Assembly (NCBI GenBank): GCA_040285855.1
Contig: JAUFOQ010000001.1
Coordinates: forward strand, 2,914,001-2,978,000
Source: Eukaryota sp. GEM-RC1
Taxonomy: Eukaryota
DNA length: 64,000 nt
Direction: 5' to 3'
In this document: positions 61,545 through 64,000 of the stretch, one piece after another
Layout of the letters: every line of letters begins with the position of its first letter
Numbering within the stretch: position 1 is the stretch's first letter
The notes under the pieces: model-generated
What the model saw: the letters and a program-made list of their open reading frames with translations, nothing else
Told to the model about the DNA's origin: nothing
Databases searched by the model: none
Program-made: the position numbers and the translations under genes

Positions 61545-62000
61545 TTGTGTTTATAAATGTCATTATTTACTTGTTTTAATTGCTCTTTAAAACTTTGTCA
61601 ATTGATCAAGAATATTTGTGAGTATATTCTAAATGTTGTTGAAATTTTCGGTGATCTTCATTTCGAACCAATTGATATGTGATCTTCAAGGACAATCGAA
61701 TATGAATTCGTTCAACTGAACAAAATCTAGACATGGAGAACAACTCAAACATAAAAGATAGCCTCCTTGACTTAACCGTATAAGCCCACTTTGATGGAGC
61801 TTCTAATACGTGGTGGAATAGTTGACATTAGTATTTGAAAATCATCATTGAATATACTACACAAACGATGAACTATGGAAAGGTTAAAATTATATGTATT
61901 AAATAGAAATTCCTATATCAATTGACTCGCAGAACATTGCAATTCCTGAATATTCAAACTAGTGCTAGTACTAGTGCTCTAATCATTTAAACCACCGTAC

Positions 62001-63994
62001 TTAAGAACTATCATAATCAGTATCACTATGAAATCGATCTTCTGACCACCGTTGTTTCGACAGACCCGACTGTTGTCTCAACTTGTAATTCATATGAATA
62101 TACACCACCTTCTTAGATTTCTCTCTATCCAACCTATTCCTAGAATGAGTGTGAATAAAGGTATTTGAACTCCAGACTCGTTGAGAAGTACCAACTGACG
62201 TGACCTGAGAGATCAACTTAACAGCAAGCTTCTTAACAACAGGAGAGGAAGCTCCATTTAACCTCCACCATTGAACAGATGTAAGATCATCACCAAAATC
62301 AGAACACGTTTCAAATCCATCTTCTCTTGAAAGAAAGTTAAGAAACTGACTATCCAGGAGAGATCGTTCTTGAGGTTCAAGTATACGATCAGCCATTCTC
62401 TTCACCGCCTCCATAATGTATCTATTAGACTCAATGGTTTCTGAGTCAGTAACAGCTGTACGGCAATAAGTACTTAGATTCTCAGGATCGAGAGCATGAG
62501 CAGCGAGAATGATATCATTGACAAGAAAACTAGTGTGATGCTCAACTTTAAGACAGATTAAATTCTTAACTTGGTTCAGCCACTCACTGTTGTAAGCATT
62601 GACAGAACTCTTAACCCTCTCAACCAAAGAGAAAACCTTTGAACAATGGCCAGTGTCAGTATCTATCACTTTAAGAACGTCAGTCATGGGTTTAAACAAC
62701 GACACTATATCGTCAAGTTGCTGCCAGAAAAGAGAATCCGCCACAGTACGGACTACTTCATCAGCTGTCATTACCAACTCCGAAGCAATCAATTGTTGTC
62801 TGTGAAGAGGTAAGCTTCCATGGTAGTCATCCCACTCATCTGATGACGTGACCCTTTCCAAAGGCTTTCTAATGGCAATAAGTCTCTCCATCATAGTGAT
62901 ATTAGAGGCAAAACGAGTTGATGCATGCTTAAGTAATCTCAAAGGACCTAAGGGCTGAGCTGACTCTAACAACTGTAGCAGGGAATCTTGGTATCTAAAG
63001 TAAACGGCCAAGTTCCTAGCACGTGTCACCACGTCATTGATTATTGGAAGTGATGCGCAATCCTGAATCATTAAATCAACTACTTGAGACGCACAAGTTG
63101 TATAAAGCAAGTTGAACTCGGTGGCTATTTTCATTCCTACATCGGCAAATAGAGGAGTATTATCAGTAGTAATTTGAATGACATCTTTCAGAGAGAAGTT
63201 AGATGACGTGATGATCGATTTGACTTCATTAACAATATGATCGTCGTCACGATACTCCAAGTCAAAACACTCCACAGTATCAACGAAAACACTTCTTGAA
63301 GAAGAGTTAATGATTACATTCATCAATGGGCGGTCACGTGAATCCTTCCAAGCTTCTAGAGAAATAGAACATCCAAGAATTGGGATTTTCTTAAGAACAT
63401 TAGTTTCAATATAGGCATTGATCCTAGCCACTGTCTGATCTAACAGGGTTGTGCGTAGATCTTGAATTGTGGGGAGGGTGAAGGTTTCTCTTCCATCAGC
63501 CAATGCAAAGATCATCTCCATGAAGGAATCACTTGTGACGACATCAAAAGGAATTCCGCATGTGTAGAAGAACTCAGCAATGCGAATGTCTAGTTCCTGT
63601 TCGAAGGGTGTTCGGACACGTGGATTGGAACGTGTTCTATTTGCAGCTGGGGTGTCTTCGTGGCGTGTTTGTTTATGAGGAGGAGTTATGGTGGAGTTTG
63701 AAAGAGGTGTAGTGGAAGATGATTGAAGAGACCCAGAGGTTGGAGGGAGGTTCCAGATCTCGTTGATTTGTTGGAGAATAGAGCTAATTACAGAACGGTC
63801 TCCGGTGCAGTAGGAGACACCTTTGCGTTGACTCTACGGTCAAAGTGGGCTCTTTTTCTACTTGCGCTGCCATTAAAGGTGGCGGGGCAATAGCGACACT
63901 TAACTTTTGGGTCGGTTTTGCCTCTGCCATCACGTCTTGGTGCACCTTCTTCTACAACAATAAAGTGAGCATGAAGTCGTGCGAATTTTGACAT
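62001..63994 (-). CDS. hAT-transposase-derived BED-finger protein with altered catalytic residues; one A-run frameshift at ~63823
   Basis: BED finger KCRYC..H..C, IAEFFYTCGIPF, TTDN, TRFAS, LAAHALDP and WWRLNG..LAVKLIS dimerisation domain. ORFs 63788-63994 and 62001-63521 are joined by an open frame. Confidence 0.85.
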
Positions 63995-64000
63995 TGATGG

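Noticed and set aside
5440..63830. Pervasive programmed ribosomal frameshifting (breaks at ~5452, 11870, 26045, 47345, 48715, 50737, 63823)
   Set aside because: Every break is a 1-nt change in a homopolymer, in mixed directions and with no shared slippery-plus-stop motif. This is typical of long-read consensus error.

Overview
AT-rich nuclear DNA of a unicellular eukaryote. Evidence: 28-34 nt GT-AG introns, PRP39, RhoGDI, nicolin-1, NBP35 and a Pol III tRNA. The compact layout resembles anaerobic flagellates such as metamonads (inference only). The window is dominated by six prokaryote-like (CtpF/PMA1-type, P2-class) cation P-type ATPase paralogs. Three keep every catalytic motif. The other three are full-length, intron-retaining copies with substitutions at the phosphorylation Asp, the TGDGxND hinge and/or the TM4 ion-binding Glu, although their central domains are nearly identical to the active copies. 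This is a candidate pump/pseudo-pump system. A bacterial-type glmS with a 31-nt intron between Met1 and the catalytic Cys, and a single in-frame TAA at a conserved Tyr, lies within the array. Intergenic DNA holds about a dozen non-autonomous hAT-like and Tc1/pogo-like TIR elements (most with clear TSDs) and CRE-like RT-RLE retrotransposons, often nested. The window ends in an essentially intact hAT-derived BED-finger gene whose catalytic residues are altered, probably a domesticated transposase. About eight frameshifts fall in homopolymers and are most likely long-read assembly errors.
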